Assembly: GCA_003344405.1 (NCBI GenBank)
Contig: NOWV01000203.1
Span: 1 to 64,000, forward strand
Direction: 5' to 3'
DNA from: Trichoplax sp. H2
Taxonomy: Eukaryota
DNA: 64,000 bases
The position numbers and the translations under genes are program-made. Every line of letters starts with the position of its first letter. The stretch's first letter is position 1. Under the pieces are notes generated by a model. That model worked only from the letters and a program-made list of their open reading frames with translations. It did no database searches and had not been told where the DNA came from. Shown piece after piece: positions 13,466 through 25,650 of the stretch.

Positions 13466-13982
13466 GTATTTTTATATTATTGAATAATTTTGTCTAAGCT
13501 ATTCAATTTCCTAACAATTTATTTCAGCCTCTCAGAGTAAAATGTCAAATACAACTCCAGTCAAAGTTACTCCAGAATGAACACCCGATATACTCTTATT
13601 AGACTCTTTATCAATTTAAAATTTAGAGATATAAGCATACCAACCCGGACTTCAAAATAAACACGTGCAATTAAAATTAAATTAATTTTCTATAAACAAC
13701 ACTTGCTGTTTTCTTCCGTTAATAGTGCGTCTGCGATAGCGTCCAAAATAAACTATGTTTGCAAGTTTGATTTGTGAATAATAGTAGAAGAATTTATTCA
13801 GGTAAAGAGGTGTAGCCAACAAGAAAATGAGGCATTGGTCGTGTTATTTTGAGATTCTTTATCGTAAATTCTGTGCTCGAGATCATTCTCAGAAAGCAAT
13901 TTTCTATTGCTTATTAGCAATTAAGACCCATAGACCAGTTATCGCTAGAATTGTGTATGTATCTCATTTATTGGTTTATTAA

Positions 13983-15599
13983 TTATCTAATATCAGCGTT
14001 TGTAGTATCAGGTAGAAATAATGCTGCAACAGCTGTTAATAAACCTAATGCAGAAAGTATTATAAGTGTAGCTGTGCAACTAATATAGAATAAAGCAGCG
14101 AATATTATCATCCCTAGTATAGATCCAAGATGTCCCATCATGCTCGCAATACCAAGAGCGGTAGTTCTAAATTCAGTACGGAATAATTCCGTACTCCAAA
14201 TTTTACACGGTGTCCATCCATTCGTGGAAATAGACGTAAAAATACAAGCTATGATCATAGAGCTTTGCATAGTATCAATTATCAATAGCAGTAAAATACA
14301 TAAACCACTCATAGACGCTAAAATAATGTATAATGCTTTCCGACCGATACGATTAATAAGTAGAACACATAAAATCGCGATAGGTATGGATATTAAATGA
14401 CCAAGAAAGATGTTTAATATTACAGTCCTTATATTATTACCGCTTTGACAGTCCGAAGCGACATTATGTGATGAATGTGTAGTATTCCATAATAGATTAT
14501 ACATGCCGCTATGATGATGATGCCAACAAGTTTTACCATTTACGTAATGAGCAATAACTGTCGGTAACCAAATTGCAAGTCCTTGATCGGCGACACAATA
14601 TCCAAGCCATACGAAAGATATCAATAGCAATCGTTTACGCCAAGGTGGTTGCAGAAGTTCCCGAATATCTTGCAGAAAAGTATTTCCTTTATCATTTTTA
14701 ACATCTTTACTCGTTTCTTCTACTCGTAAATCGTGATGGCCTACTTTACAATAAATAACTTGTTGATAGGAATCGTCCGTGGTCTTACAGTAACTATTAA
14801 TTTGATTAATTTTATTTAATACGTCTCGAAAACCTTTCTTATCGTTCTTAGCTAATACAAATCGTAAACTTCTAGGCATAAATAAAAGTACACAAAAACT
14901 CAATAAGGATGGAATAGAGCCTACAAGTAGATAAAGTCGCCAATTTGTAAAGTATATCGCTCCAATAGGACTATAAAATGAATAAGGCAATATAAGTAAT
15001 CCGATAAAGGAACTATAAACATTTCCAAATATCAGAAAAGACGATAAAACGGCAGCCGCTCTACCCCTATAACGACGAGGAAAAAATTCTAAAAGATAAG
15101 AATGAACGATTGTGGTGATACCAGCATAAGTACTACCGATCAAGCCAAACATGATAACAAGCATTAGATAGTTATAAGCAAATGCACTTGCTAACATTCC
15201 TATTAAATTTATTAATAACAAGATGACAAGAATTTTTTGTCGACCATAAACATCAGCAAATCTACCATATATACTAGCACTAGTAGCAAGGCCGATCATA
15301 AAAGCTATACTTAGCCAACCTTTATTATTTCGATTAATGTCTAAATCGCATGCTGAAATGATAACAAAACCGATCGATTGATAACAGAACGAAAACCCAC
15401 TAAAGCCAAGTCCACATATTAAAGTGATAATATAATGGAATAATCCAATATCCAAAGAATTGACAATCTCATCTATCCTAGATGTCAAATCAATCGATTC
15501 AGTCGAGCAATCCGAAGTATAGAGTTCTTCATTTTGACTCACTGAACTTCTTTTATCCTTGTTATTATCGTTATTCTGAAATTGCTTTTCAATCGCCAT
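13983..15599 (-). CDS. SV2/SVOP-like MFS transporter, copy D (538 aa, single exon)
   Basis: YGRFADVYGRQK, EFFPRRYRGR, STELFRTEFRTT; closest paralogue of copy C over the first ~440 codons. Confidence 0.92.
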   Translation of the reverse strand: MAIEKQFQNNDNNKDKRSSVSQNEELYTSDCSTESIDLTSRIDEIVNSLDIGLFHYIITLICGLGFSGFSFCYQSIGFVIISACDLDINRNNKGWLSIAFMIGLATSASIYGRFADVYGRQKILVILLLINLIGMLASAFAYNYLMLVIMFGLIGSTYAGITTIVHSYLLEFFPRRYRGRAAAVLSSFLIFGNVYSSFIGLLILPYSFYSPIGAIYFTNWRLYLLVGSIPSLLSFCVLLFMPRSLRFVLAKNDKKGFRDVLNKINQINSYCKTTDDSYQQVIYCKVGHHDLRVEETSKDVKNDKGNTFLQDIRELLQPPWRKRLLLISFVWLGYCVADQGLAIWLPTVIAHYVNGKTCWHHHHSGMYNLLWNTTHSSHNVASDCQSGNNIRTVILNIFLGHLISIPIAILCVLLINRIGRKALYIILASMSGLCILLLLIIDTMQSSMIIACIFTSISTNGWTPCKIWSTELFRTEFRTTALGIASMMGHLGSILGMIIFAALFYISCTATLIILSALGLLTAVAALFLPDTTNADIR

Positions 15600-15911
15600 T
15601 ACTACATAAGTCTTGCAGTCAAACTTGTCCTTTCAACGGAATATATCAATCTTGCTAACGAACTTTACTTTTCCTTTAAATACATCGTTTAAAACTTAGA
15701 TATTGAAGAAAGAACTAAATGTCTAATAGTTCGATCCGTTTCCAAGAATAAGATAATATTATCGGGATAGAGCGCAACGTAGTAATTCTCGTGAGAATTA
15801 TTATTATTAATAAGTAGCCAAGTTAATAAACACTGCGGATCAACAGTTGCCGTACTTAACAATACTAGAAAAGGAACTTATTATTTCAATTCATAATGTG
15901 AATGTCTGTTG

Positions 15912-16190
15912 ATTATTGATCAGCTTTTATTTAGTCTCAAGAGAATAACAGTTAAGCAGGAGTGACTTAACGTTAGATTCATTAGGGTAGATCGAAATTA
16001 CGTCTATGATTCCAATCAATTTTAAAGTGAATATCTAAAATACGATGCTTAATTATTGATCAGCTCTTACGTAGTCTCAAGGGAATAATAGTTGAACAAG
16101 AATGATTTAATTTTAGATTCATAACGGTAGGTCGCAAGTAGACTATGATTCTGATCAATTCTAGAGTTAGTATCTAAAATACTAATGTTG
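15912..16190. repeat. Two-copy ~140 bp tandem duplication in the copy D upstream flank
   Basis: attattgatcagct...agtctcaag.gaataa.agtt...ttagattcat...tatctaaaatac starts at ~15912 and ~16052; the copy C flank has one unit. Confidence 0.8.
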
Positions 16191-16764
16191 TTAACGGCCA
16201 GTAATTAAGCATCTCTAAAATCGTAGTTATCGTCAGCAGAGTTGGACTGATTGATACTATTCACTGTATTACAAACGGAATTAATACTTGCAAGCTTGTT
16301 AGTTTTTCTTTTCTCATGAGTAGCTTAACAACTACTACGGTCATAATTTTATAGTACCACTGCACGTAGCATTATTTCCAATTACTAGTCGACTTTTAGA
16401 AATAAGTTGTAAATTATAGAGCAGAGTTATAGTATCTGCTAATTAAGCAAAACTAGCATTTATTCCGTCCGTTTTAAAAAATTGAAATACAATTAAGATT
16501 TGAAGTATGTTCTAAAAATATTTTATTAAAGTATTACAGAATTACACTTTATTTTTTCATCATCAATTATAAAATTATCACTATTAAAATGTAAAAAACA
16601 TAATAGAATATTAGAAGTATTAAATTTGACCAATTTAATATCAGAATAAAAAAATAAGTTATAGGATAAATATAAGACGGTACTGAAATAGAACTTGCCC
16701 AATGGTAGCTAATAGACTTAATTCCACAACTGTAACAAGTATTGCCTTATTTCTTATGTAATTA

Positions 16765-16790
16765 ATAGATATAGATATAGATATAGATAT
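16765..16790. repeat. (ATAGAT)4 microsatellite
   Basis: atagatatagatatagatatagatat directly visible. Confidence 0.85.
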
Positions 16791-17378
16791 CGAAAATAAT
16801 ATGAAAGTGGTTACGCAATTGGTATAAAATAGTGTTGCAAATAATATCATGCCCAATATTGACCCTAAATGAGATATTACATTTAAAAGTTAATAGCAGT
16901 TGATCTGAATTCAGTACGAAATAATTCTGTACTCCAAATTTTATAAGGTATCTAGCCAGTATTTGTTATAGATGTAAAAATACACGTTGAGATTGTAACA
17001 CTTTGCATGTTGTCCATTAATAGAATCATTAAAATATTCAATTTTGTAGTAGATACCAATGGAATATACAATAATTTCCAACCAACGCGATTTATAAGTA
17101 AAACACATAAAATTGTAAAAGGAATTTAAAATAGATTGCCAATAAAGATATTAAATAATATTGTCTTTAAATTATCATCAGTTTGGTAAATTATAGTCGA
17201 CATGATTCAATGAGTACGTAAAATTCCATGGTAGATGGTCCATGTCGCTATAATTATGCCAACATATTTTACCTCTGATATAATGATACTTTTCTGGTCA
17301 TTCTTGGCTAACACAAATCGTAAACTATGAGGCATAAATAAAAGTACGTAAAAACTTAATAAAGCAGGTATGGGGCCG
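16790..17378 (-). pseudogene. SV2-like MFS fragment (central and C-terminal pieces with an internal deletion)
   Basis: GPIPALLSFYVLLFMPHSLRFVLAKNDQK is joined almost directly to a GKICWH-like segment, followed by WSTELFRTEFRSTA and GMILFATLFYTNC; stops and frameshifts; N-terminal half and last codons missing. Confidence 0.88.
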
Positions 17379-19798
17379 TAGTACAGCCACCACATATAGC
17401 TTAGATTACGATTCAAAATTGTACGAGTATAGGCTAAACTGTACGCTAGGTAATAAGACTGCATAAGTGTCTAATTGTGGAAGATGTTTACACTACGTAT
17501 TGTAGTAATTGTATTGAAATGCTTATATTAAAAATCGCAGGTAATAATAGATAGCATTAATTATGTTAGTACAGTGAGATTTGTATCGTGCCGCTTCTGT
17601 CCTTGGTAGTTAGACGAACCTAACTTCTGTAATAAAGTGAAATTTGCAAGAAACTGTAGTTCTTGATTTATTGTTTTGAAGATCACTTTATCACAACGGT
17701 TAGCGAGTAGTTCATGTAAATGGCCGCAAAGCATCTAAAGATTAATCCGATGACTTAGTACAATACAGGAAATCATTATAAGTAAGCCTAAAATTAAATT
17801 CTCATCTTTTATGCAAGAATGAACTGCCGCATAGGTTACTTGAATTTATTGCTTCTGTATTGATCGATGCTTTCGTAGTAAATTGTAAATTTGCTTGGTT
17901 AATATTCAAATCACTATACCCAAATAAATTATAATATTATATGTTAAAAGTCCAAAGTAGCTATTAATAGCTTTTTTAAAAAATATTACTGTTACATCAC
18001 TGTTTTTCATATGTTTAGTAATACTAAAATAGCAAAGACAGCATTACAATTTAAGGGCTTATAAATTCATTATCAATCTTAAACTACTACTGTGAATACA
18101 CCGAGACAGGCTATCGTTACAATCTTCTTGCTTGATCAATATCTTCTCTAGAAATTATATTATTCTTTTTCTAAATATCATTATGCAATGAAGATTAACT
18201 TCTATAATTCTCCTCCAAGATTTATATTGTAATAGCTGTTGAAGCTTTAAAAAATTAACTAATTTAGTGCGATTTCAGAAAATTTTACTTAGTATCATAA
18301 TGGCGTACGTTGTAAGCCAGATGACTTCATAGAGGGAGGAGTAGAATTTAATATGAATAATACGAAATAGTATAAATTGTTAAGAGTTGTGTTTTGTAAG
18401 ATTGTGATTTAAGCGATAAATTTAGTTAAGATAATACACTTGCTCTAATGCTGATAAAACTGCTTGCTAAATTTAATCATAAATTACTGTAAATCTTAAT
18501 TAAGCTATATTATGTTGCAATAGAACGTAGTATCAATCCAAACGTTTTGATCTGGATTCTTATTTAATTAAGATCGCCGGTCTGTCTTAGTGTTTTCTTA
18601 TGGCTACATGACTACACTATTGTCACAAATTAATTCTTGTGATCAGATGCTACTAATCTCGTAGATTACTTATATGCTCTGACGATGAAGTGCAACATTG
18701 GAAGACCAATCAGTATCACACAAGTACAAAGCTATTTTAAGCCGAAATAGTATGCATATTTATTACTTTTAATTAGTATCTAGACGAGCAAAGTCTAGTA
18801 TATTGAATATTAAGAGCTTGAAACGCAATTTGGCTGCTCGTCCTTTAGAAGCTAGCTACAAACCTGCGGTCCGTATTAGCGAATTTTACCTTACGCAATA
18901 TTATATATCTTCAGTAAACTGAACCAACAAATTAGATAACGGAAATCCAGGGTTAGCAGAGCCTAAATGAACTATCTAACAACAAGCAAATTTCTTGTTA
19001 ACAACATCATGGCTAAACAGAGAGTAGAAGATGACAATTATGCCCATCTCTAGAATTAGTATTAAGAGTAGATGGTATTCGTCGACTTTAAAATGGCCAA
19101 AGAAATATTAAAAATGAATTTTAAACTCTAAACTTCTAGAACTACAGTAGAGAATATGCTAAATGCCATATAGAATTTTTTGTGTTCAGCAATAGATTTT
19201 AAACGCTTTTGGCTCAAACACCCGACTACCCTGTATCTCGTGACTAGCTTAGAATAATTCAGAGATAAATTGATGGACTAATATTACCAACCGTCCTGTG
19301 TAAAATATAAAAGGTGGTATTATTCAGGAACTGAATAGTTTAAGATAGAGAGATAAAAACATAAAAGTTGCAATAATCCTAAAAATCATGAACAATGTCA
19401 TTTTTAGATAGTTTGGCTTTAAAGTAGTAGTTTTACGCTTTGATAGTCCTTTTTTAGAGATTTTATACGGTTGCTGTTAATAGCTAACATAAACTAGTAT
19501 TTCTCCTAAACTTAAGTTGAGCTGAAATTTGAAGCTGTCAGTTTTAATAACTTTTTTACGTTTATTATCAATTATCAATATATTTCAAAAATCATCATAA
19601 AACGGTACGACTCGGATAACGACATTTATTTCTACCAACATCTCACTTCATCAGAGCAATTTCTAAAACTAGAAGTCCTAAGAATAATAACCACAAAAAA
19701 ATACTTGTATTTGCCTGATTAAAAGTGTACAAGCGTAATCTTTACTACAAAAATCGGGTAATGGAATAATTAAAGAATTATATACGTATAAAATACAA

Positions 19799-21415
19799 CT
19801 ATCCAATATCAGAGTAAGATGTGTCGGGTAGAAATAAAGCTGCAATTACGGCTATTAGACCTAGTAAGGTAAACAATATAAGTGTAGCTATGCAATTACT
19901 ATAATAAAGTGCACTAAATTCTATTATACCTGCTATAGCTGCAGTATGCCCTATTACAAATAAAATACCAGTAACAGTTGTTCTGAATTCAGTAGGAAAT
20001 AATTCTGTACTCCAAATTTTACATGGTATCCATGTATTAATTGTAAACGCTGTAAAGATACTTGCTACGATCATGACACTAAGCCTATTATCCAGTAAGA
20101 GAATCATTAAGATACAAATAACACAGGTGAATACTAAGCAAATAAATAATCTTTTTCGACCAATACGATTAATGAATAGAAAGCATAAAATTAAAATTGG
20201 TAATGACAACAGATTGCCAATAAAGATATCTAATATAATTGCCTTTAATCTATCACCAGTTTGACAATCAGAATTGATGCTATGTAATAGACTTGTGGTA
20301 TTCCATGATACATTTTCTGTCTTATTATGATTATGCCAACACGTTTTACCACTCGCATAAAATGACATTACAGTCGGTAGCCACATAGTAAATACTTGAT
20401 CGGAGGTACAATATCCGAGCCATATTATAGATAATAATATAAATCGTCGACGATTTGGTTCTTTCATCATTTCTCGAATATCATCCATAAAATTTCTGTT
20501 CTTTTCTTTTCTAATATTGCTATCGATATCATTTTCTTGTAAATCAAGAAGATGGGATAGTTTAGAATATGATACTTTTTCATAAGATTTGGATGTGTTG
20601 GTAAAACACGAATTGATTTTATTTATTCTGCGTAATACATCTCGAAGACCTTTCTTGTCGTTCTTAGCTAATACAAATCGTAAACTATTAGGCATAAATA
20701 AGAGAATACAGAAACTTATCAAAGCTGGTATAGCACCTATGAGAACATAAAGTCGCCAACTCGTAAAGTTGATAGAACCTATAGCATAGTGAAATGGGTG
20801 AGGTAATAAAAGTAATGCTATGGCAGAGCAGTATAAATTTTCAAGTATAAGAAATGAGGATACAAATGCGCCAGCTTTACCTCTAGAACGTCGAGGAAAA
20901 AATTCTATAACATAAGTATGGGAAACTGTAGCAATGCCACCATAGGCAATGCCAATGAAACCATTCATAATAACAAGCATGGTATAATTATAAGCAAATA
21001 CACACGCTAACACACATACTAAATAAATTAGTAACGACATTATGAAGATTTTTCGTCTACCATAACTATCAGCTAGTCTACCAAATATACCAGAACTGAT
21101 TGTATAGCCGATATTAAAAGCCAAACTTAGCCAACCCTTGTTATTTCTGTTAATGTCTAAATCGCACGCCGAAATGGTAATGAAACTAATGGTTTGATAG
21201 CACACAGCATATCCGCCGAAGCCAAGTCCGGATCCTATCATGATCATATAATGAAAGAATCCAATATCCAAGGAATCTACTATCTCATCTATATTGGATG
21301 CTAAATTATTAGAATCGCAGGAGAAATCTGTATCGGAAAACTCTTCATTTTGATTCATCCTAGTTGTACAATCATCATCACCACTGTCTGAAAAAAGTTC
21401 CTTCTCAATAGCCAT
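19799..21415 (-). CDS. SV2/SVOP-like MFS transporter, copy F (538 aa, single exon)
   Basis: FGRLADSYGRRK, EFFPRRSRGK, STELFPTEFRTT; full-length ORF. Confidence 0.92.
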   Translation of the reverse strand: MAIEKELFSDSGDDDCTTRMNQNEEFSDTDFSCDSNNLASNIDEIVDSLDIGFFHYMIMIGSGLGFGGYAVCYQTISFITISACDLDINRNNKGWLSLAFNIGYTISSGIFGRLADSYGRRKIFIMSLLIYLVCVLACVFAYNYTMLVIMNGFIGIAYGGIATVSHTYVIEFFPRRSRGKAGAFVSSFLILENLYCSAIALLLLPHPFHYAIGSINFTSWRLYVLIGAIPALISFCILLFMPNSLRFVLAKNDKKGLRDVLRRINKINSCFTNTSKSYEKVSYSKLSHLLDLQENDIDSNIRKEKNRNFMDDIREMMKEPNRRRFILLSIIWLGYCTSDQVFTMWLPTVMSFYASGKTCWHNHNKTENVSWNTTSLLHSINSDCQTGDRLKAIILDIFIGNLLSLPILILCFLFINRIGRKRLFICLVFTCVICILMILLLDNRLSVMIVASIFTAFTINTWIPCKIWSTELFPTEFRTTVTGILFVIGHTAAIAGIIEFSALYYSNCIATLILFTLLGLIAVIAALFLPDTSYSDIG

Positions 21416-23185
21416 TATTAAAGCTAATGGAAAACAAAATTTTTCACCGCACTTTTTACAGAATAACCAATCTTGTGGCCAAATTATCTCTTTCGCTTGA
21501 ATGAATCTTTCAAAATGTAAGCTTCAAGATAGAAAATTTGACAATTTGACCCATTTACTTCAAAAATAAGATTGTTGTGTGTGAAATCGCCACACATTAT
21601 TTAAGACAATATGTCTTACACGTTACAATCAATTGGAATCTATTCATTGTTTACGCCAGTTTTCGCCCAAATAAAATTATTAATTAGGCTAGTAAACCTT
21701 TACGGTGCTTACGTAATGTATTCCTATGAGAATTCCATCCAGCCAGTAAGGTTACAGTAATAAGAAACAACGTAACTGGGAGTTGATTAAAAATGATGCT
21801 TATTTTATTTGTTAAAGCATTTTTCTCAATCATATTAGCTACATTAATGTGACTATAAGCATATTTAAGTATCAAAACTAGCAATAGTGTACAACATGTT
21901 CGAAATCGCAGTAGTACTGATTAGATTTGAATAAATTTTTTACTGCCTGAGCATAGTTAAATTATTGTATTATATAGCTTCCTTTAGTCTACCTATAATA
22001 TTAGACGGGGAAAGTTAGAAGTAATAAGCACGAAATGTTCGAAATGCCACAAAACTTATTCTACTATAGCGATATAATAGCGTTCATCGACTTTTAATGA
22101 TGTCGTATGGGAGCTGTCACTCTGCAAATACTTTGAGAGTCAAAAGAAAGAGCTAACTTTTATGACAGTTTAACGTAGTACAAATTTGACTTTTTAAAAT
22201 TAATGAGACTTAAATTGTGCACTCTACGCTGCTTAAAAAAAGTTAATTTATTATTACTGCAACGTAAGATAAGTATTAATAATTAACACTAAAATTTATA
22301 GCGTACTAAAATAATATTATATTTATATGACGTGCTGCGAGCAGAAATTCCACTTGGAAATCTTAAATTAAGGGTAAATACATACTATGTACATAATATG
22401 TGTTACAGACAAGTTATTAACCCTATTCATTTATTTGCTGTTTGGTTAAGTTATAACTCGCCCACTCTCAATGACGAATTATAAACTGATCATTCAACTA
22501 TTAATTGGCGTATCATCAAGACTGTTATAAAGTGTGGCCCATACATTCCACCGATTGTAAACTGCAAAAGCGATTATTGTAGCTTTATTAACTGATTGCA
22601 AGTATTACCCAACGAATCCAATCATTTATAGACTGACTCTTACAATTAAATATTAGTTATATATTGACCCTCACAATCAGATGTCAATTATTTAATTCTA
22701 AACTGACAGGACGAGTTAAAGATTAATCCTTAACAATCATATGCCATTTTATATATTTATTCAAGCCAGCACTATTACAGTGATCAATGACTACGTCTTC
22801 CAACTTACTCTTCGATTATTCATAGAGTAATGGATGATAGAATGCGTCACCTGTAGTATAATCCTTGCTACTGAAATTATATATTCCTGTTGACTAATTA
22901 CATATAAGAGCATGATAAAAGTGTCTTCTCAAAAATAAAACAATAACTACAATTTCTTGTAAACTGCACTTTAGATAGGCAAAGTCTTGACTATTTCACT
23001 TTATTACATAAGATAGCTTCCTCTAACAACTTCCAAGTACTATCTATAGACTATTTCTGGGCTTTCTCCAACAAATTGATACCGTATTTATGCAATCTTA
23101 GAATTTCACACACAATTTATTTATTTTCGTACAATCTGAACATACTTAGTCTTCAATATATTTGAGACTGTATCATAATGAGTAA

Positions 23186-24799
23186 TTATCGAATATCAGA
23201 GTTAGATGTATCGGGTAGAAATAATGCCGCAATTATACTTAGTAGACCTAAAGAAGCGAATATTGTATATGTAGCTATACAATTTATATAATACAGTTTC
23301 GCGAATAATATTAAGCCTACTATAAGTCCTGAATATCCTATTACGAATAAAATACCGACAACAGTCGATCTGAATTCAGTCCGAAATAGTTCTGTAGTCC
23401 AAATTTTACAAGGTATCCATGCATTAGTAGTTATCGCTGTAAAAATACATGCTATTATCATGACACTTAGCCTATTATCTAATAACAGTATCATTAAAAT
23501 ACAAAATCCGCTAATAGATGCCAAGATAATATATAATACTTTTCGACCTACTCGATTAATAAGTAGAAAGCAAAAAATTGTAACTGGTAATGAAAATAGA
23601 TTGCCTATAAGAATATCTAATATAATAGCCTTTAAGCTATCGCCACTTTTACAATCAGAATTGACACCATTGTATAGATGTGTAGTATTCCATGGTATAT
23701 TTTCTGTCTTATTATAACCATGCCAACAAGTTTTACCACCCTCATAACTAGCCATCACCGTCGGTAACCATATGGTGAATCCATGATCGGCGATAGAATA
23801 TCCGATCCATAATATAGATAATAATATAAATCGTCGACGCCAAGGTTGTTTCATTAATTCTCTAATATCATCCGCCAAATTTCTACGCTCTTCTTTTCTA
23901 ATCTTACTATGGATGTCACTTTCTTGTAAATCAAGAGTCGTTATTTTAGAATATAATACATTATCATGCGAAGTACGACTAGTACTAAAACACGAATTGA
24001 TTTGATCGATTCTGTTTAATACATCTCGAAAAGCTTTTTTGTCGTTCTTCGCTAATACAAATCTTATACTATTAGGCATAAATAAAAGTGTACAAAAACT
24101 TAATAACGCTGGAATAGCGCTTATGAGAATATAAAGTCGCCAACTTGTAAAGTAGATAGAGCCTATAGCATAGTAAAATGGGTAAGGTAATAAAGGTAAC
24201 GCTATGGCTGAGTTGTATAAATTTTCAAGTGTTAGAAAGGAAGACAAAACTGCACCAGCTCTACCTCTAGAACGTCGAGGAAAAAATTCTAAAACATAAG
24301 AATGAGCAGCTGTAGCAATGCCGCCATAGGCGCAACCATTGAAACCGGTCATGATAACAAGCATGACATAATTATATGCGAATGCACACGCTAGCATGCA
24401 TATTAAATTAATGAATAACGATATTACGAACATTTTTCGTCTACCATAAGTATCAGTTAACCTACCAGATATACCAGAGCCAATAACGGAACCGATTATA
24501 AAAGCTAAACTCAACCAATGCTTGTTACTTCTGTTAATGTCTAAATCGCATGCCGCAACGACAATGAAACTGATTGTTTGATAAAATAAGGTACATCCAC
24601 CGAAGCCAAGTCCGGACGCTATCGTGATTATATAATGAAATAATCCAATATCGATAGAATCTACAATATCATCTATATGAGTTGTTAAATCATTGGAATC
24701 GCTGGAGTAATCTGTATCCGAAGGCTGCTTCTTTTCATTGATTAAAGCTGTTTTATCGTCAACATCACTATCCGTCTGGACTTGCTTCTCGATCTCCAT
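23186..24799 (-). CDS. SV2/SVOP-like MFS transporter, copy G (537 aa, single exon)
   Basis: SGRLTDTYGRRK, EFFPRRSRGR, TELFRTEFRST; full-length ORF. Confidence 0.92.
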   Translation of the reverse strand: MEIEKQVQTDSDVDDKTALINEKKQPSDTDYSSDSNDLTTHIDDIVDSIDIGLFHYIITIASGLGFGGCTLFYQTISFIVVAACDLDINRSNKHWLSLAFIIGSVIGSGISGRLTDTYGRRKMFVISLFINLICMLACAFAYNYVMLVIMTGFNGCAYGGIATAAHSYVLEFFPRRSRGRAGAVLSSFLTLENLYNSAIALPLLPYPFYYAIGSIYFTSWRLYILISAIPALLSFCTLLFMPNSIRFVLAKNDKKAFRDVLNRIDQINSCFSTSRTSHDNVLYSKITTLDLQESDIHSKIRKEERRNLADDIRELMKQPWRRRFILLSILWIGYSIADHGFTIWLPTVMASYEGGKTCWHGYNKTENIPWNTTHLYNGVNSDCKSGDSLKAIILDILIGNLFSLPVTIFCFLLINRVGRKVLYIILASISGFCILMILLLDNRLSVMIIACIFTAITTNAWIPCKIWTTELFRTEFRSTVVGILFVIGYSGLIVGLILFAKLYYINCIATYTIFASLGLLSIIAALFLPDTSNSDIR

Positions 24800-25285
24800 G
24801 GCCGTATTTAAGTTGCTTGAAAAAAGATTTCACTAAACTTTAATAGAATATATCAATCTCGTTGCCAAATGATGATTCTGCTTAAATTAGTGCTTTAAAA
24901 CTGATGTTTAAAGATAGAAGATTTCAAGCTTTGACCGACTTTAAAAAAATTGAACAGTGAGCGACGTAAAACTCTCAACGTTATTTGAAGTGATATATAA
25001 AATCATAAAAATTTAGAATTTATTCCGTGCTTAAACAAGTTCGTAGCCTGTATAAAAGTAAATTATTTATTAATTAATAAGCTTTTCGTGGACAACCGAG
25101 TAAAAGTATTATGTATAGTCTTCGTCATGAAAAGGAAGCATTACAGTATGTGATAATGTATTGTTTCTTCCATTACTCTATGAATGACCAATAAACAAGT
25201 GGAAGGATATTGTAGCATCGTTGTTAGCTGGATAAAATTCTCACAGGAATACGAAAGAGAAATCATCAAAGCTTAACTTTGATCA

Positions 25286-25650
25286 ATTGTCATTGCTAAT
25301 GGATGCTCTATTGTTACTTTTGGTCCCTAAAGATGGCTTCTTAATATTAAGTACAAATCGTTGTAGATTACTTTCAGTGAATAGGTAAGCATTCTGATCC
25401 CATCAGATTACGGCTTCCTACTACTAGTAGGGGCAATTTCAGGAGTATTTTTTGTATCCTATTTCAGCCACCCGTTCTGAGAGATAACAGAATTATTCTG
25501 TTAACCACATCGATCAATGCTTTAATCTGTGGATTAATGTAATAGTCATTGTTATTATACTATACTCTTAGTGTCATGGTGCAGCTACAAGTTGATCCTA
25601 TCTTATAGTCGGTTCTATTCCTAAAAAAGGGCTGTAAGCGATCACATAAT
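25286..25650 (+). pseudogene. Possible highly decayed, inverted MFS relic
   Basis: Mixed-frame plus-strand translation gives GAISGVFFVSYFSHPF, RIILLTTSINALICGLM and SYLIVGSIP in the order expected for TM2-TM4 of the family; weak. Confidence 0.35.
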
